DNA of 64,000 bases, from contig OZ281494.1 in NCBI GenBank assembly GCA_965637545.1, positions 124,001 to 188,000 on the forward strand, written 5' to 3'. Position 1 is the stretch's first letter, and every line of letters begins with the position of its first letter. The translations under genes and the position numbers were made by a program. Positions 24,201-39,200 of this stretch are shown here, one piece after another. The notes under the pieces were generated by a model. It made no database searches. It was not told where the DNA came from and was given only the letters and a program-made list of their open reading frames with translations. The stretch comes from Phallusia mammillata (Eukaryota).

Positions 24201-27200
24201 CATAAGTGTTGATAAAAGTTGCCATTGTTTATGACAGTAATTTTGCTGTGAAATTATGGAGAAAATTAGGGCATTGTGAAAATTTTAAACCTTATATTCC
24301 CTACTGACATGAACTGTCTGATTGCTTGCCCTAGTTAAGGTGAGGTGAATTTAGGTAGTTTGCAAACACAAGACCACTTGGCCTGGGGCAAGTTATCCCA
24401 TTGTTTGTTGTCACCAAATCAAAGTTTGTACTTTAGACTTGTGAAGAGCCCCTGGGTATGAATTCTGCACTGTTGAAGGATGTTTAACCTTTGGCATCAT
24501 TGCACAACCTTTGTGCTGCAATCTGAACAGAAAAAACTGCTTACTGTTGAAAAAACAAGGATAAATATTGCTAGCGGTCCTGCACTAAACACAAACCACA
24601 AAACCACAGCCCTATTTGCCATTTTTTGTGAGTTAATTTTTTTTATGTTTTTGTTTTTATTTCAGGAGTCAGTCGAACTCTTCCCCGACCGATCTCAACT
24701 CATCTGGCAGTTCGATCAATGTTGGAAACAAAAATCAAATGCGGAAACAGTTTAGTAGCAAGAAGTTTAGTAGATGTTTGGCAGCAACCGTCCCTGAACT
24801 GGTGAAAATCCTTGGAGGAAAACATCCCATTGAAAAGGTAAACGCAACGCGATAGAATGAAAGTTTGAAACTGAAGGTCTCCTACTGACATCCTGCATAT
24901 GTTCTGTATTAAATTAGGCCTTCACTTGACTTGAAAAAACTTGTTGTTTTCAGGTGTTGATTGCCAACAATGGTATCGCTGCAGTCAAGTGCATGAGATC
25001 AATTCGGCGGTGGGCATATGAAATGTTTCGCAACGAGAAAGCCATTCACTTTGTTGCCATGGTGACACCTGAGGACTTAAATGCAAATGCTGAATACATT
25101 AAAATGGCCGACAGCTACGTCCATGTGCCTGGAGGTGCAAACAACAACAACTATGCAAATGTGGATTTGATAGTCGACCTGGCAAAGAGAACCAATGTAC
25201 AAGTAAGTAACAAGACTGATCATATAACATGATACGAAGGCATGCAAAGCTGCATGCAAAGCTGCATGCAAATGTGCTAAACTTTTAGTGACCAAGAGTA
25301 ACCTGCTCTGTGATAAACAAATGACACATAGTAACCTCAGACTATTTTAGAGCGTGTTGTTGTGTGTAGGAAATGATGACAAAGCATGCAGACATATATA
25401 AACTAGTTCATGCATGGTTTTCTTTACTTACATGTTTTACCAATTTTGCTTTGATTTTCAGGGTGTTTGGGCTGGTTGGGGTCACGCTAGTGAAAACCCA
25501 AAACTTCCTGAAAAGTTAAGCAAACTCAACATTGCCTTTCTTGGTCCTTCTGCTTCTGCTATGTGGGCATTAGGTACCTATCTCTCCCAATGTTTTCCAA
25601 ATAAAAAACAAGCAATGCAAATATAGTGAGATATCATACATTAAACTTTCTGTTGTATATTTATAGCAAAAATATTTATCATAATATCAAATTGTTAGGT
25701 TGTTTGTCAATACTTTTATTTTTTTGTAAGCTTTTTTTTAATCTTTTACAAATTATTTATGACACAAACTAAAGATAACAGCAACTTGATTTCCCTTTTG
25801 TAAGAGTAATCTGTAACCTTGAATTTTGTGTTTTAGGTGACAAAATTGCTTCATCGATAGTTGCCCAAACAGCAGGGGTTCCAACTCTTCCATGGAGCGG
25901 TTCAGGTTTAACGATAGCAAACAGCGTAACCAACGGCAACTCGGTGAACGGAAGTCCGGAAGATAATGTTTCTGAATCGAGCTCGAACAGCCAAAATTTC
26001 TGTGTACTCAGTGTTCCTGATGACATTTACTCGCAGGGATGTGTGGACAATGTGGAAGCTGCTATGAAGGTGGAGAGTGTTTGTTTAATTGATTTTTGTG
26101 TTGCAATAAGGGTGGCTGTGTTAGCTTATAGAGTGAAAGAAAACCAAAATTATGCAGATTTTCCTTTGAACAAAAATATTACCGCAAACAATATGGCACA
26201 ACTGGGAATATAATTTTTCTCCTATGAATTTAGCATACATAACTTACTTGTCATTTATGGTTGCATAACAATAGTTTTTGTGATTAAGGCTGCTTTGAAA
26301 ATTGGTTACCCTGTAATGATCAAAGCATCGGAAGGTGGTGGGGGTAAAGGAATCAGAAAAGTTGTTTGTCCCGATGATTTTCCTGCTGCACTCAGACAAG
26401 TTCAATCTGAAGTTCCTGGATCTCCAGTTTTTATCATGAAGTTGGCGACGCAGTAAGTTTGCTGACACAAGAAATATCAAGAAATAATAAAGTTTTGACA
26501 CTGAAAAAAACTGAGAATAGGTTTCACTGGAAATACAGTTATTCACAGTTATCTACCGATGCTTGTTATTTTGAGAGTAAGAAAGACAACATTAGTCTTG
26601 TTTTCCAGATCTCGCCATCTTGAAGTTCAGGTATTAGCCGACCAATACGGAAATGCTATTTCACTTTTTGGTCGTGATTGCTCAATTCAGCGTAGACACC
26701 AAAAAATAATCGAAGAAGCTCCAACCACTGTTGCTGGGAAAGATGTGTGGACCAAAATGGAGCAGGTAAGTTGAGAACAAGTTTTAAAATTGGGCTAGAT
26801 GTTGTTTTAAGTTGGGACATATTTGTAACATTGGTGTTGCTTTAAACCTGTTACATAGTACTTGTAATGTATTGGACAAGATGTAATCATTCCAAATACA
26901 TAAAACCACAATGAATTTTTCAGGATGCAGTTACCCTTGCAAAAATGGTTGGTTATGTAAGTGCAGGGACAGTGGAATATTTATACAGCGAAGATGGAAG
27001 TTATTCCTTTCTGGAGCTCAATCCACGACTGCAGGTAAAAATGTGATCAATTATTTATATGTTGGATACTTAATTGTGATGTGTGTTGTTTGGTTAAATT
27101 GTTTGGCTAGTAAGATTTGTGAATTATTTATGTATTAGGCATATGTGGATGCCAAACGTGTGTCAGTGACCTGTGTGTGGGGCAAGTTATGCAAATGACG

Positions 27201-30200
27201 CTGGTTACTTGGTGTGGTTTATTTCATGATCATCAGGACATTTACCAATGGTTATTTGCTTAAAGCTTGTTCTGTAGTTTATTATATGTGGATATGTGTA
27301 GTTTAATACATCCAGTTATATTTGATGCAAAAGTTTGAAAAAGATGTAAATTGTTTCAACTGCATTTTGCCTCCAAAAACTTGAATATACTTTACACCTT
27401 GACTTGTTTCTATAACAAACAAATTTCGCTCAAAGGTTGAACATCCTTGTACGGAGATGATCGCTGACGTCAACCTCCCAGCAGCACAACTTCAGGTTGC
27501 CATGGGAATACCTCTCTATCGAATCCGAGACATTCGAATCCTCTACAACGAAGACCCCTCAAGTGACAACGAGATTGACTTCACTGCGTAAGTTTGACAA
27601 CTGATACTGCTGGTTGTGTAACCTTACTTGTAACGGCTGCAGCATAAGCAATACAATACTCTTTCTTCATTTGTAAACTTGTCATTTAATTTTAGACCGA
27701 GACATACCCCTGAACCCCATGGTCATGTGATAGCAGCTCGCATCACAAGTGAAAATCCTGATGAAGGATTCAAACCCAGTGCAGGTAAAAAACTCTCATA
27801 TTGCTGTTTGGTTGCTTGAATGTTTTTCCATAAGTGCATTCGTAAAAAAAATATGTTTACGAATTGTGGCAGATTTCTATTTTTGCATAAAATCAGTTTT
27901 AAAAAAATTAATGTGTTTGTTCGCGTAAAAACGCTTAATGTTGAAGCAGGTTTTAATGCAAATATGCATCACAGTTGCACCCTATCACTTTGTTTCCATC
28001 GCAACAGTTTTGCAGGAAGCAGACCACCGGCGTTTTATCTGCCAGCGTATTGTTTCAATACAGACATTATATTCGTGTAACATAACACATCAGGATGTAC
28101 TGGTCGCGTTTCGCTGCATAAAATCGAATTTCCTTTAACTGCTGCAATTCGTTGTGTGGTCAAAATATTGTAATGCTGACTAAAACCCAAACAAACTATG
28201 TTTAGGGTGAAAAAAATGTGAAATTTGTAGCAAGCAACGGTTACCTACTTTATAATGTGCTTAGCCCAAAACTGATCATAAATATGCGTCTGTGCTTAAA
28301 TATTTTGCCCTTCCTGTGGTGGCTCAGATTCCTTGTAACGGCTCACTAAACCTATTGGTGAAGTTTTATGTTAAAGAATATCTGACGAACATTTTGTGGA
28401 AATCAAGCGTGGTTAACTGAGTTATTTCTTTCATCCAGGCACTGTACAGGAGCTGAACTTCCGAAGTAGCAAGAATGTTTGGGGTTACTTCAGTGTTGGT
28501 GCTGCAGGTGGTTTACACGAATACGCCGACTCACAATTCGGACATTGCTTTGCCTGGGGAGAAAACAGGGAATACGCAATATCGTAAGTAAAATATCCTG
28601 TCTGTTACAATTCAAGAATTCCTGCCGGTTGTGTTTGGAACATGGGTTACTTTAAAAAAGGCCTATGTAAAACTAATCTACTGAAGGTTGAACTGCATTC
28701 GGTGCAAATTAGCATTATTCATATTATTCTCACCTGTCAAAACAGGCCGCTTGGATTGTATTCGTTTGTGAACATGTTTCTTATTGAATTGTAATGATAT
28801 GTATAGTAGGGTTTCTCTCCCGGGATCCCGGGAATCCCGGACAATTTTAGCAAAAAATTCTATCCCGGGATTTTTTCTTTGTCCCGGGATATCCCGGGAC
28901 AAAAATTGAATGCTTTTTTAGTTGCACTCTTCAACCAGAGGTGCGACATCCACTGGGTTTCCGTGAATTAAAGTGTTCACCGAGGTTTCTTGCAACAATT
29001 CAAACAGGAATGATAAATAGTTCTGCTGTTGCGAACATTACAACAGTGTTAGAACCCAGTTAGTCAAATTCGCGCTATAGCTCTCCAGTTGGTAAAAATC
29101 TGGCAATTTGTAAAATTCCAAGACGGCGGTGTGGTTATAGCGCCATCGACGTGTGTCACAAGGTTGTGGGTTCTAATCCTATCTCAGTAGCTGGAACCTG
29201 ATGGGTTGAACTAAATTGGACTTACCAACTGACTAATTTGAAAACTGATTTCAACTTAAAAAAATATTCAATTAACTTAGAAAATAACAGGCTGCTCTAC
29301 GGTGGCCTTCTGAACATATTGCATTGATGCTTTGCCGGCCCACTAGAAATAAAAATGAAACAAACAAACTAATATTATAAATTTAACAAAAATCGAATAA
29401 TATCCCGGGATCCCGGGATTGAGGTTGTTTTTGTCCCGGAATCCCGGGATAAGCCAAAGTGGCAAATTTGAGAAACCCTAATGTATAGCTTCAATGTTGT
29501 AGACCAATTGTTGAAAAACGCACTTAAAATAAGCTAGTGCTGCCAGGCATGTTTAAATAAATGTATAACCGAGTATTGCTCATCCAGCAGTTTTATTATA
29601 AATAATCGACGTTTCGACGTCTCATTCAAGATGCCTTCATCAGGATAATGGCGTATCTTGCAAGACAAATTTCTTACAAAGCGACAATTGCAACAAATAA
29701 TAATTATGGTGACACAGAAACATGGTGATGGCGTTAAAGGAACTCTCGATTCGCGGTGACTTCCGCACGACTGTGGAATATTTAGGAAGGTTGCTAGAAG
29801 ATCCGTGTTTTCAGCAGAACCAGATCGACACCGCTTGGCTTGATCTACTCATCGCTGAGAAAGTGAAGGTTAATTAACTTTTTGTGGAATATTTATGGAA
29901 ATTCTGTGTTCAAGTATCATGTTAAGTGCGGGGTTTGTGCGAAACGAAAAGCCAAATTAAATTGGGGGAAACGGATCGGCTTTGTTTATTATGAGGATTT
30001 TTCCCACTATTTCATCATATAGATTGTAACTGTCCCCGTTGAAACGACCACGACAAGATTGTACTTCTGTGTGTTAGGTTATTGTTTGTTTTCTGTACAA
30101 ATCAAAACGACTTAGGTTAAAACGTCCTTGAGTAATTTTTATGAATTGCAAAATGGAAATACACACGACAATCCTTGCTCGTTCCAGTAAGCGCAAGAAT

Positions 30201-33200
30201 CGTCCTTCAGTGGTGAAATATCCGTGCTAACATTTAAACCAGGAACCTTGGTGAGAAGTTTCAAGGCAAACTTCCCATAAACGGCTGTGTTCGAATTTGT
30301 TTGCTGACAAAGTCCACGAAAGATTGAACCCGTTGCGCATTCAACAGACTTATGCGGTCTGCATGGGCAAACAACTCGTAATGTTTCTATTGCCCGGTAA
30401 ATTTGCACGCGCTGATTGGATTTATCTTATGGGTTTGTGCAAATACAAATATTTGTTGGCACATGGTCTGATTCGGGCAAAGGTTATTCGGGGATTTATA
30501 ATTAGATATTATTCTTACTTTTCAGTCAGAGCGTCCCTGCACCACAGTGGGTCTGGTCTGTACGGCTTTGCACATTGCAGACTCAAAATACCAGGCAAGA
30601 TTCGATTTCTACGTCAGTTCACTGGAGAGGTAAGAGCAGTTACAAAAACAAACACAAAGACAGGCATAAACAAACAAATAAGCACATACACGCATAAACA
30701 AAACACCTACAAAAACAAGCAAACGCACGCTCAAACAAAAAACAAGCACACACACACGCACAAATAAAAAACAAGCACACACAGGAATGAACAAAACACT
30801 CACAAAAACAAGCACACACACGCACAAATAAAAAACAAGCACACACTCGCACAGAAAAAAAACATGCCTTAAAATTGTAATGTGCTTGGCTGTCGAAACC
30901 CCAGCGGAGGTTATGTATTATTGATGACTTCTCGTAGTTCTGGCTGATGGCCTTTCACTGAACTTCCTCATACCCTCATGGTTTACACAGAGGAACACTG
31001 TTAGGTAAACTCACACGTACGCATGTTTCAGAGGGCAAGTTCTCACACCGACCAGCTTGAAGACAAGTGAATCTGTCGAGTTGATATCGGACGGTGTGAA
31101 ATATATTCTGGAGGTGACGAAAATATCTGAAACTTGTTACTACATCAAATGTAACAGCTGGAATATGGAGGTAGATGTCTACAGGTAAATATCACTTCCC
31201 CTCAACTGGTGTGGGTTTGAAACAGCACCACTGCTTGTTACACGTAATAAGTTGCAAACTATTCAGATTGGAAGGTCAAGACTTTTCGTTAAAATGTCCA
31301 AACCAATTGAGATCACCATACGTGTGACGTTTGTTATGTGAAATACTTTCCGAAATTAAACAAGAAATATTCTAACTTTGCTGATAAATACTGAAATATA
31401 CTCACTGGGTAATATATTGACCAACGCTGCAGTCGTTTCGTCCCCCTAAGCAAAATTGTACCAAACAAATCATGACATACCAACCAACATAGCTTGGTGT
31501 TCCTACATTCAAACCTTATCACATTTTTACATCAATATATTTCGCCGCAAGCACTGGGCTCGGTGGCGGAACCGGGTTCTACTTAACGTTAACATATTTC
31601 CTCAGACTCACAGACGGTGGTTTGTTGCTCTCATTGGACGGAATAAGTCGGACCACTTACCTTAAAGAAGAAGTTGACAAGTGAGTTATGTTTGTTTGAT
31701 TGACAGCTGTCAGTCACCACAGGACGTTACGTCATGCGTGTGTCACGTGATGGTTCCGGCTTTTTTACAACCAACCCATTTATCAATGACGATTATTTAA
31801 ATGGTGATAAAATGGATAAAAATTTTAATTTTTCTGTTTTGTTTCGGTTTATTGAACACAGGTTGGTAACATACTTTACATTGGTAGTTAATCTTTACCA
31901 TGTTTGAGTATTTTAGATTGTATTTGCAAACACCAAGTTTACAATGGTATGTTATTATGAATCCCCACCACCCACAAAGCGAGGTACAACAAATAACTTC
32001 CTCAAAACTTTCCAACTTTCAACATAACCTGAAACTCCACAATACGTAAATATCCCCAATAAACAAAAGCAATTACGTCCAAACAAAAATCCAGTTGACG
32101 AAAGCGACAACGTCAGAATGCTGATTGTTTCGACACACCATCATATTTCCGCTTTCTTTATTGTGTCTACGATTTCGAGAACGTCGCTATTGTCTCCAGA
32201 TTCCGCATCACAATCAACAATCAGACGAGCGAGTTCGAAAAGGAAAATGACCCGTCTGTCTTACGAGCGCCCTCCGCTGGCAAACTTATCAACTTTCTTG
32301 TAGCTGACGGAGCGCACGTGTTCGCAAGTGAGTTGGAATTATATCAGCTATTGCTGCCAGGCATAATATCAAGTTTGTAATGCTCTTTTGGCAAATGTAT
32401 TTTATACCGGCGTTTCGACGTCCTATACAGGTCGTCTTCATTAGGGTTAAAAAACAAAGGAACTTGAGAATTCTGGTTGGTAATCTAAAAACGATTCGAA
32501 AACACTCTTCTGCTGAAAATATTGTGGAAAACTTGGGAGTGTTTGGACTGGACCGAAAAATTGTCGTCAATGAAGTCACCTGACACCTTTCGTTTGTTCC
32601 ATTGTGACGATGAACAATAGGAGTGTTCTTCTTTTACATTATTGTGATTAAGTCACTTACATTATGTTGCCGACAGGTGTAACACAATACCTTCAAATGT
32701 TGCGCATACAGATATTCCAATACCTTATTATGCAGTTTCTGTTCCCCATGAGCTTTTGCTAAATATGTTTTTAAGCGGTTTCCTTCAACGGATTTTGTGA
32801 TATGCAACCATGTACATATGCTGTGTATGATAGGAATAAGTTTGACGCTGCTGCCAAAATTGTGAAACTAATTTAGTGACGAAGGTTTTGATTTTTCCTT
32901 GCGTAGACAACTTTTTGACCCACGACAACGTGAAACCATTCTCACTATCCGTCATAATGACATGTTTGTTACGTTGCAGGCCAGACATATGCTGAGATCG
33001 AGGTTATGAAGATGGTGATGTCACTGACAGCATCGGAGAGTGGGACTGTACATTACGTGAAGCGGGCCGGTGCTGTGCTGGAGGCTGGATCGATCGTGGC
33101 AAGGTAACACTGCCTTATAATTATGGGTCCCCTTCCCTGAAAAAAAATTTTTTAGCGCGGCTATTGTTCCCACGTTTTGGTCCAGAAAGAATGGTTCAAA

Positions 33201-36200
33201 CTTTTTCAAATTTACACACATTGCAGATATTGGTCTAAAGATGGTCCATGTGAATTTTGACCCCGTATGACCCAGAGGTTCACCCATAGGCCCCCGAAAC
33301 ATAAATGTGTCTAACGCCCGTTTGGTCAAGAAAGACACTGTAGGCAGAAGTACCAAGAGAGTAACTCACTGGTTTACGATAGCGGGAGGGCTCAGCTTGA
33401 CGTCGGACAGACGTTTTACGACTTGTCGTTTCAGTGATTAGAAATCAGCTGTTTTGCACAGCAATGCTATGTCGTTTTATTAAGTGGTCAGAAAGTTTTA
33501 CACCTATGACGTGATTTAAACCTAATAACCGTGCTTCGGTTTTGTATATGTCAAGAAAAACTTTGTTAATAAAAGTTAAGATGAAAAAATTAACTTGAGT
33601 TTTGCCAAATAAATGTTTTTTAAAATGCTCGTTGTCAGGTTGGCTGCCGCATGATCATGGGTTACTTAAGGTCAACTAGTCGGTATTACAAACACAGCTC
33701 AGAACTTTCTTCATAACGTAGCGTTTTTTTTGACAATCAATTAAGGAGTCAATACTCAAGGCATGTATAAATTAGGCTTAACAGTATTGTTGAACACGAA
33801 TGACGGTGTGCTATTGAAAACGGTGTCAAAAGGTCAAACAGTCGTTTGGCGTGTGCACCCTGTGAGGTTACTACTGGTCAATGGTACTCGTTTTGCGAAA
33901 CAAAGTTAAATGAAAAACAATTTGTTATGTATACACTTGTAGCAAATTGCTTTTTAATTTACAGTGTCTGTAACACAACTGTTACAGCTTTCTAAAAAAA
34001 TTGTGTTCAAAACCCGACCTTGGAGGACTATATCTGGGTCAAAGCAAGAGATTAAATTAAAGTATTTGTTACGTTTTTTTTTAATTTTGTAATTACATGA
34101 CAATAATAGTGCAAAAAGAATACGAACAATTTTTTTTTATTGTTGGGTTAATGCTTTCTAAAAATTTGTCCTTAAGAATGTAAAAATCACCGCAACATTT
34201 GTTTACTGTAAATCCGCACAAACGCGCGTGTGGGGACCCATCAGTTTTTGTTTACAAAAACAATCGTATGTGTAGATCAAATGATGTGTATAGTTAATTG
34301 GTAAATATCGTATAGAATATATAAAATGGAAGTATATCAGAAAGCCACTCTTCTAGTGTTATGTGTGGTGAGTTTATAACTTGTGGTGTTGCACAGATTG
34401 GAACCTGACGACCCGACCTGTATCAAGCGAGCCACCCTGTTTGAAGGGGAACTAGAAAAGTTTGAGGGCAGCGACGATCTTTCCGACACCGAGAAATCTC
34501 ATCAGGTGAAACAAGTTGAGAATTTTCATCAGGAAAGACTTTGCCACTGACACAAACCAAATGTTACAATTTTTCGAGGTGTCAGTTGTGGCATATTTTG
34601 GGGGCGACATCGATATCCGAAGTGTTTCCAATAAGAAATACACAGACTAATTTGAGTGTGTGCTGAAATTGTCAGCTAATTAATGTCAATATATGTGACT
34701 GAAATCGTCTGTCGAGCATCCGTGGTTCAGGAAAATCTTTATTGTAGCGCCGGGGTTCGAACCCGTAACCTTGCGACTTTCACTACAATTAAGCTCGTAT
34801 TTTATTCCAGGTCTTCTCTGTGATGCACAAGCGGCTGACTTGCATCATGAAAGGACTTTGCCGTCCTGATGAAATATTCGTCGATAAAATGAAGGAAACG
34901 GTCAACACGCTCATCAGCGCGCTCAAAGACCCGTCTCTACCTCTGCTCGAACTTCAGGCGAGTTTTTAATGTTGAAAGCAAAAAACACCACTTGACTGTG
35001 TTTGAAAGGATTGGAAAGCAGGAAAGCGACACAAATTATTCCCATTGTGATTCTGCCTATTGTATTTTTCACTGAAAGCCCGTTGTTGTAACTGAACATC
35101 TATGACCGATAGTAACCCCGACCCCATTGATAACAACTCTCGTCCATGACCGATAGTAACCCCGACCCCATTGATAACAACTCTCGTCCATGACCGATAG
35201 TAACCCCGACTCCATTTATAACCACCCTCGCCTATAACCGATAGTAACCCCGACTCCAGTGATAACAACCCTCGCCTATGACCGATAGTAACCTTTCTCC
35301 TTATTTTTCCAGGAGGTCATGACCAACCTGTCTGGGAGACTTCCAGCTAAATTGGATCAGTTTATTCGTCGCGAAATGTCAAGTTACGCATCAAACATCA
35401 CATCTATGATGTCTCAATTCCCAGGTCCACGAATACGACGTTATATCGATAAATACGCGGCCGTCCTCACAAATAAATCAGAACAAGATGTGTTTTTCGT
35501 CAACACTCAGTCGATTTTGCAAATCGTCAACCGGTACGTGTTGATTGAATATTTTAATTTTTACAAAAGATTTTTTATGTGTTTTTTTTTCAAATCTCTT
35601 CGACTCTGCCACGTTCAAATATTATTAGGCATGCGATGATGCCCAAATCAAAAAAATGACTGGACGAAAATTTCTATGTGTTGATTGACTGTACGAAATA
35701 TTTAGTTTTATATTTCAAGAGAGTGATTGGCTGAAAAGTTTCAATTATGTAACTCAAGAAATTTGGTATGATTTTTTTCAAATATTTTTTCGACTTTGCC
35801 GCATTTAAATATGTTTAGAGATGCGATGATGTCCAAATCAAGTTTGGCGAACATTTTGAATATTTTGTCTTTTAAATTTAGTAACTCGACAAGAGGCTGG
35901 TGTTATAGGCTGTATTTTGTCGAAATAACTTGTCGATAACATCACAATTACAACACTAGCAATATATGTTACTGTTTCCCTGATAAGTTTTGTCCCCCTC
36001 ACAATTTGTAACAGGTTTGTTAACACTTCGGTAAACACCCGATATTTTCCACCACAGTTACAGCAGCGGCATCAGAGGTCATTTGAAGGCCGTCATCCTT
36101 TCACTCGTCAAGGAATATTTCCGGGTCGAATCTCAATTCCAACACGGTTCGTTCGATAAAAGTGTGATCGCGTTGCGGGACAAGAGCAAAGACAACATTA

Positions 36201-39200
36201 GGAATGTGGTGGAAGACGTTTTGTCGCACGCAAGTGTCGCAAAGAAGAATGTGCTTGTCGTGCAACTCATTGTAAGTGACGAGATGCTTCAAAGAAATAC
36301 TTGGTTTAAGTCGGCCTCGTTGTCCACCTTCCACGAAAGTCATACAAATGAAATAAGCTTTACACCAGTGGTTTCCAACTTTTTTAACCTATTCCTCACT
36401 TAACATTAAACAGTTTCATTCTTTCCTTATATACTACATAGTAGATGCTAAACCATACACAAAAATTAAATTTTGTATGTTTCATCAACTTCACAGGTTA
36501 TTTTCCCAGAAATTATGTGTCTATTTTTGAAATTATGTGTCGGTTGAGAACCACTGCCAATTGTGTTTTTGGTTAATCCGAATTAAACTCAATTCTTTCA
36601 AAAAACTTAATAATATACCAAGAGTTCCGGGCCAGACAGGTTTTTGACATTTTTGTTCGAACAAATGTCTAATTCGATTTCCTGTCATCACGATTTCAAT
36701 CGCGTGTTGCCCCGATTAAGGTGGATTGTCATTAAAACGTGACTTGCCCCAAAACGAAATGAATTTAACCCAAAATTTGGTCGGTTGCATTACTGGGATA
36801 AAGGTCATGGAAATAAAGTTTTGCGAAATATCATTCAAGCAACCTACAGAGGTACAATACCGCACTTTTACGTGTCACTTTGTGGTCGACAGAACGCAGT
36901 TTCGGGAAGGGACCACTCCTTACCTGATGATGTGAGTGCTGTACTTGAGCAGCTTGCCAAGTTGAGTAAACACGACAATGCGAAGGTCGCTCTACGTGCA
37001 AGACAGGTTCTCATCGCAGCCCACCAACCACCATACGAACTACGTCATAATCAGGTATTGTGACTTGAACAATAGAAAACTGTCACAGTTGGCAAGTGTG
37101 ATTTATGCTTACCACATATGGATGTCGTTTATTTATATATAAGTGTTTTAAAGAGACTTTGTGTAAAGTCAAGCTTACTATATAGTTACGAGTTTCAACA
37201 GCATGTAAAGTCCGTCCTATATCTGGCCCGTTTCATTAGAACTTAACCCCGAATCTGACCCGAAAAAAATGTGGCCCACATTTATAATAATTTACGTTTC
37301 ACCTCAGGTGGAATCTATTTTCCTTTCATCCATCGGATCATACGGAACCGAATTTTGCCCCGAAAACCTCAAGAAGTTGATTTTCTCCGAAACTACGATA
37401 TTCGATGTTTTGCCGGATTTCTTCTACCACCAAAACCCTGTTGTGAGGATGGCAGCGTTTGAGGTGAGAAAAATATTAATTGTCACGTTTCATTTCCCGG
37501 TAAAATCTGAAATCGGGTCGATCATGTGTTGTGCTGAAGTAACCCCGATGTGCACTGAGGTTACTATGGGTCGTTTCGACGTGGTGCGACCTGCAATATA
37601 TGAATTAGCAGGGCGTTTTTGTAAAAGGAAGAGCTCATTTTGTACAATTTTTGATCAAACTGAAATATTACAGTTTTTGAATCAAGCTAAATGTTTTACT
37701 TGTACAAACGTAATTACTTGAAATATTTTCTTGTGGAAACGCGATGACTTGCTCTTTATCAATTAATTTCATTAAATCATTAAAAATACCAGCAGCGTTG
37801 TGGTATGGGAAAGCTAAAAATGTTCTTAACACTTTATAACACAAGAATATCATCAGCTCTTTCTTTATATGCTTCTCTGTAAATTTTACCTTGTCACATT
37901 TTTCATCACTTTCACTTCCCACTTAATGTTTGCAGGTCTACGTTCGACGATCTTACATCGCTTACGAGCTGAACAGCGTCCAACATCACGAGATTGGGAG
38001 CAGCAATTGTGTGTTGGAGTTCCAGTTCATGCTGCCTAGCAGCCATCCTAACAGGTCGGTTAAATCAAGCTGTCTAGGAACATATGGCGACAATACTCGT
38101 GTAAAACTTGTTACTGTAGGTATGCCAACCTGGAGGCCTACTTTGGCACAGATATCACTTTTCTTATCCTAATTAACAAGTCAAGTAGAAGATAGTCACA
38201 AGAAACTGAACTTAAACCGAAAAAATACTAAAACTTAACATTTCTATTGCTATAAGGCTCACCACCAAGCAACGGACTGGGTGATTCCAGCTTTAAGTTT
38301 CAATTACGAGTAAAACTGAACTTTAATAGGATTTTTTCTACAGCCACGATTAGTTACATAATGTCCCGCCTGCGTAATTTACAAGTGTTGAATATTAGTG
38401 AACCTTAATAATTGACATAACAACCTGGTTTACAGAATGCACCAACGCGAATATCAGATTCCCAGCACATCGTCGTTACCGAAGGTTGCAAGTGTTGGTG
38501 AAGGTTTAAACACGTTCGACCCTTCCCTGCTTCCTCCCTGTCAGAGAATGGGAATTATGGCGGCTTTCACAGACTTCGGGCAGTTTAAAGAGTGAGTGTT
38601 TGGAAAGTTGGGATGTTTGGATAAATCATCGGCAGTTTTGACTAAGAAATATAATATGTGGGCCTAAAAGAGTTTTCCAACAACAAATGTGGCTAAAGTT
38701 TTAAATTTAATGCAGTAAAACTCGTTTAACCGGACCTGTGTGGACCAAACAAAATTGTCCGGATTAGGCGAAGATTCGGATTAACCGATGTCGATTAGTT
38801 CAAGCCTTACCACATTGCAAAACATTTGTACCTTGAGTTTTGTCCGAATTATACAAAGATCCGGATTAACCGAATCCAGTTTAAACGAAGTTTACTGTAT
38901 TATAGAAAGTGTAAATCTAAATTCCTGACTCTCCTGATTTAAAAACGCAGTACCTTGAATCTTAAGCAATTGTCTTGATATGTTTTAAATGCTGACCACA
39001 TTTTCAGACACTTCCAGTTCATACTTCGTTGTTTCCACAACGCAAGTCCTCCCGATTCACCCCTAACTATCGACGTGCAAGCTTCGATCCCACAAAGCAC
39101 CTCGTTCCGTTTCGGTTCATCTAGCAGCAGAGACGAAGACACCACGTCACTTTGCAGTGTCACAGATGAACCGATTCACATCCTGAATGTTGCGATCTCA

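Noticed and set aside
35102-35292. 44-bp tandem array (and the 157/159-bp arrays) as a CRISPR array
   Set aside because: Units are contiguous with no unique spacers, there are no cas genes, and the context is eukaryotic intron or transposon.
36560-36890. Extended ACC exon or transposase upstream of the 36891 acceptor
   Set aside because: Interrupted by stops, unrelated to ACC alignment and not assignable to a family from sequence alone.
37570-37600. Further hammerhead (rc ACGTCGAAACGAC)
   Set aside because: No CUGAnGA upstream and no stem II.
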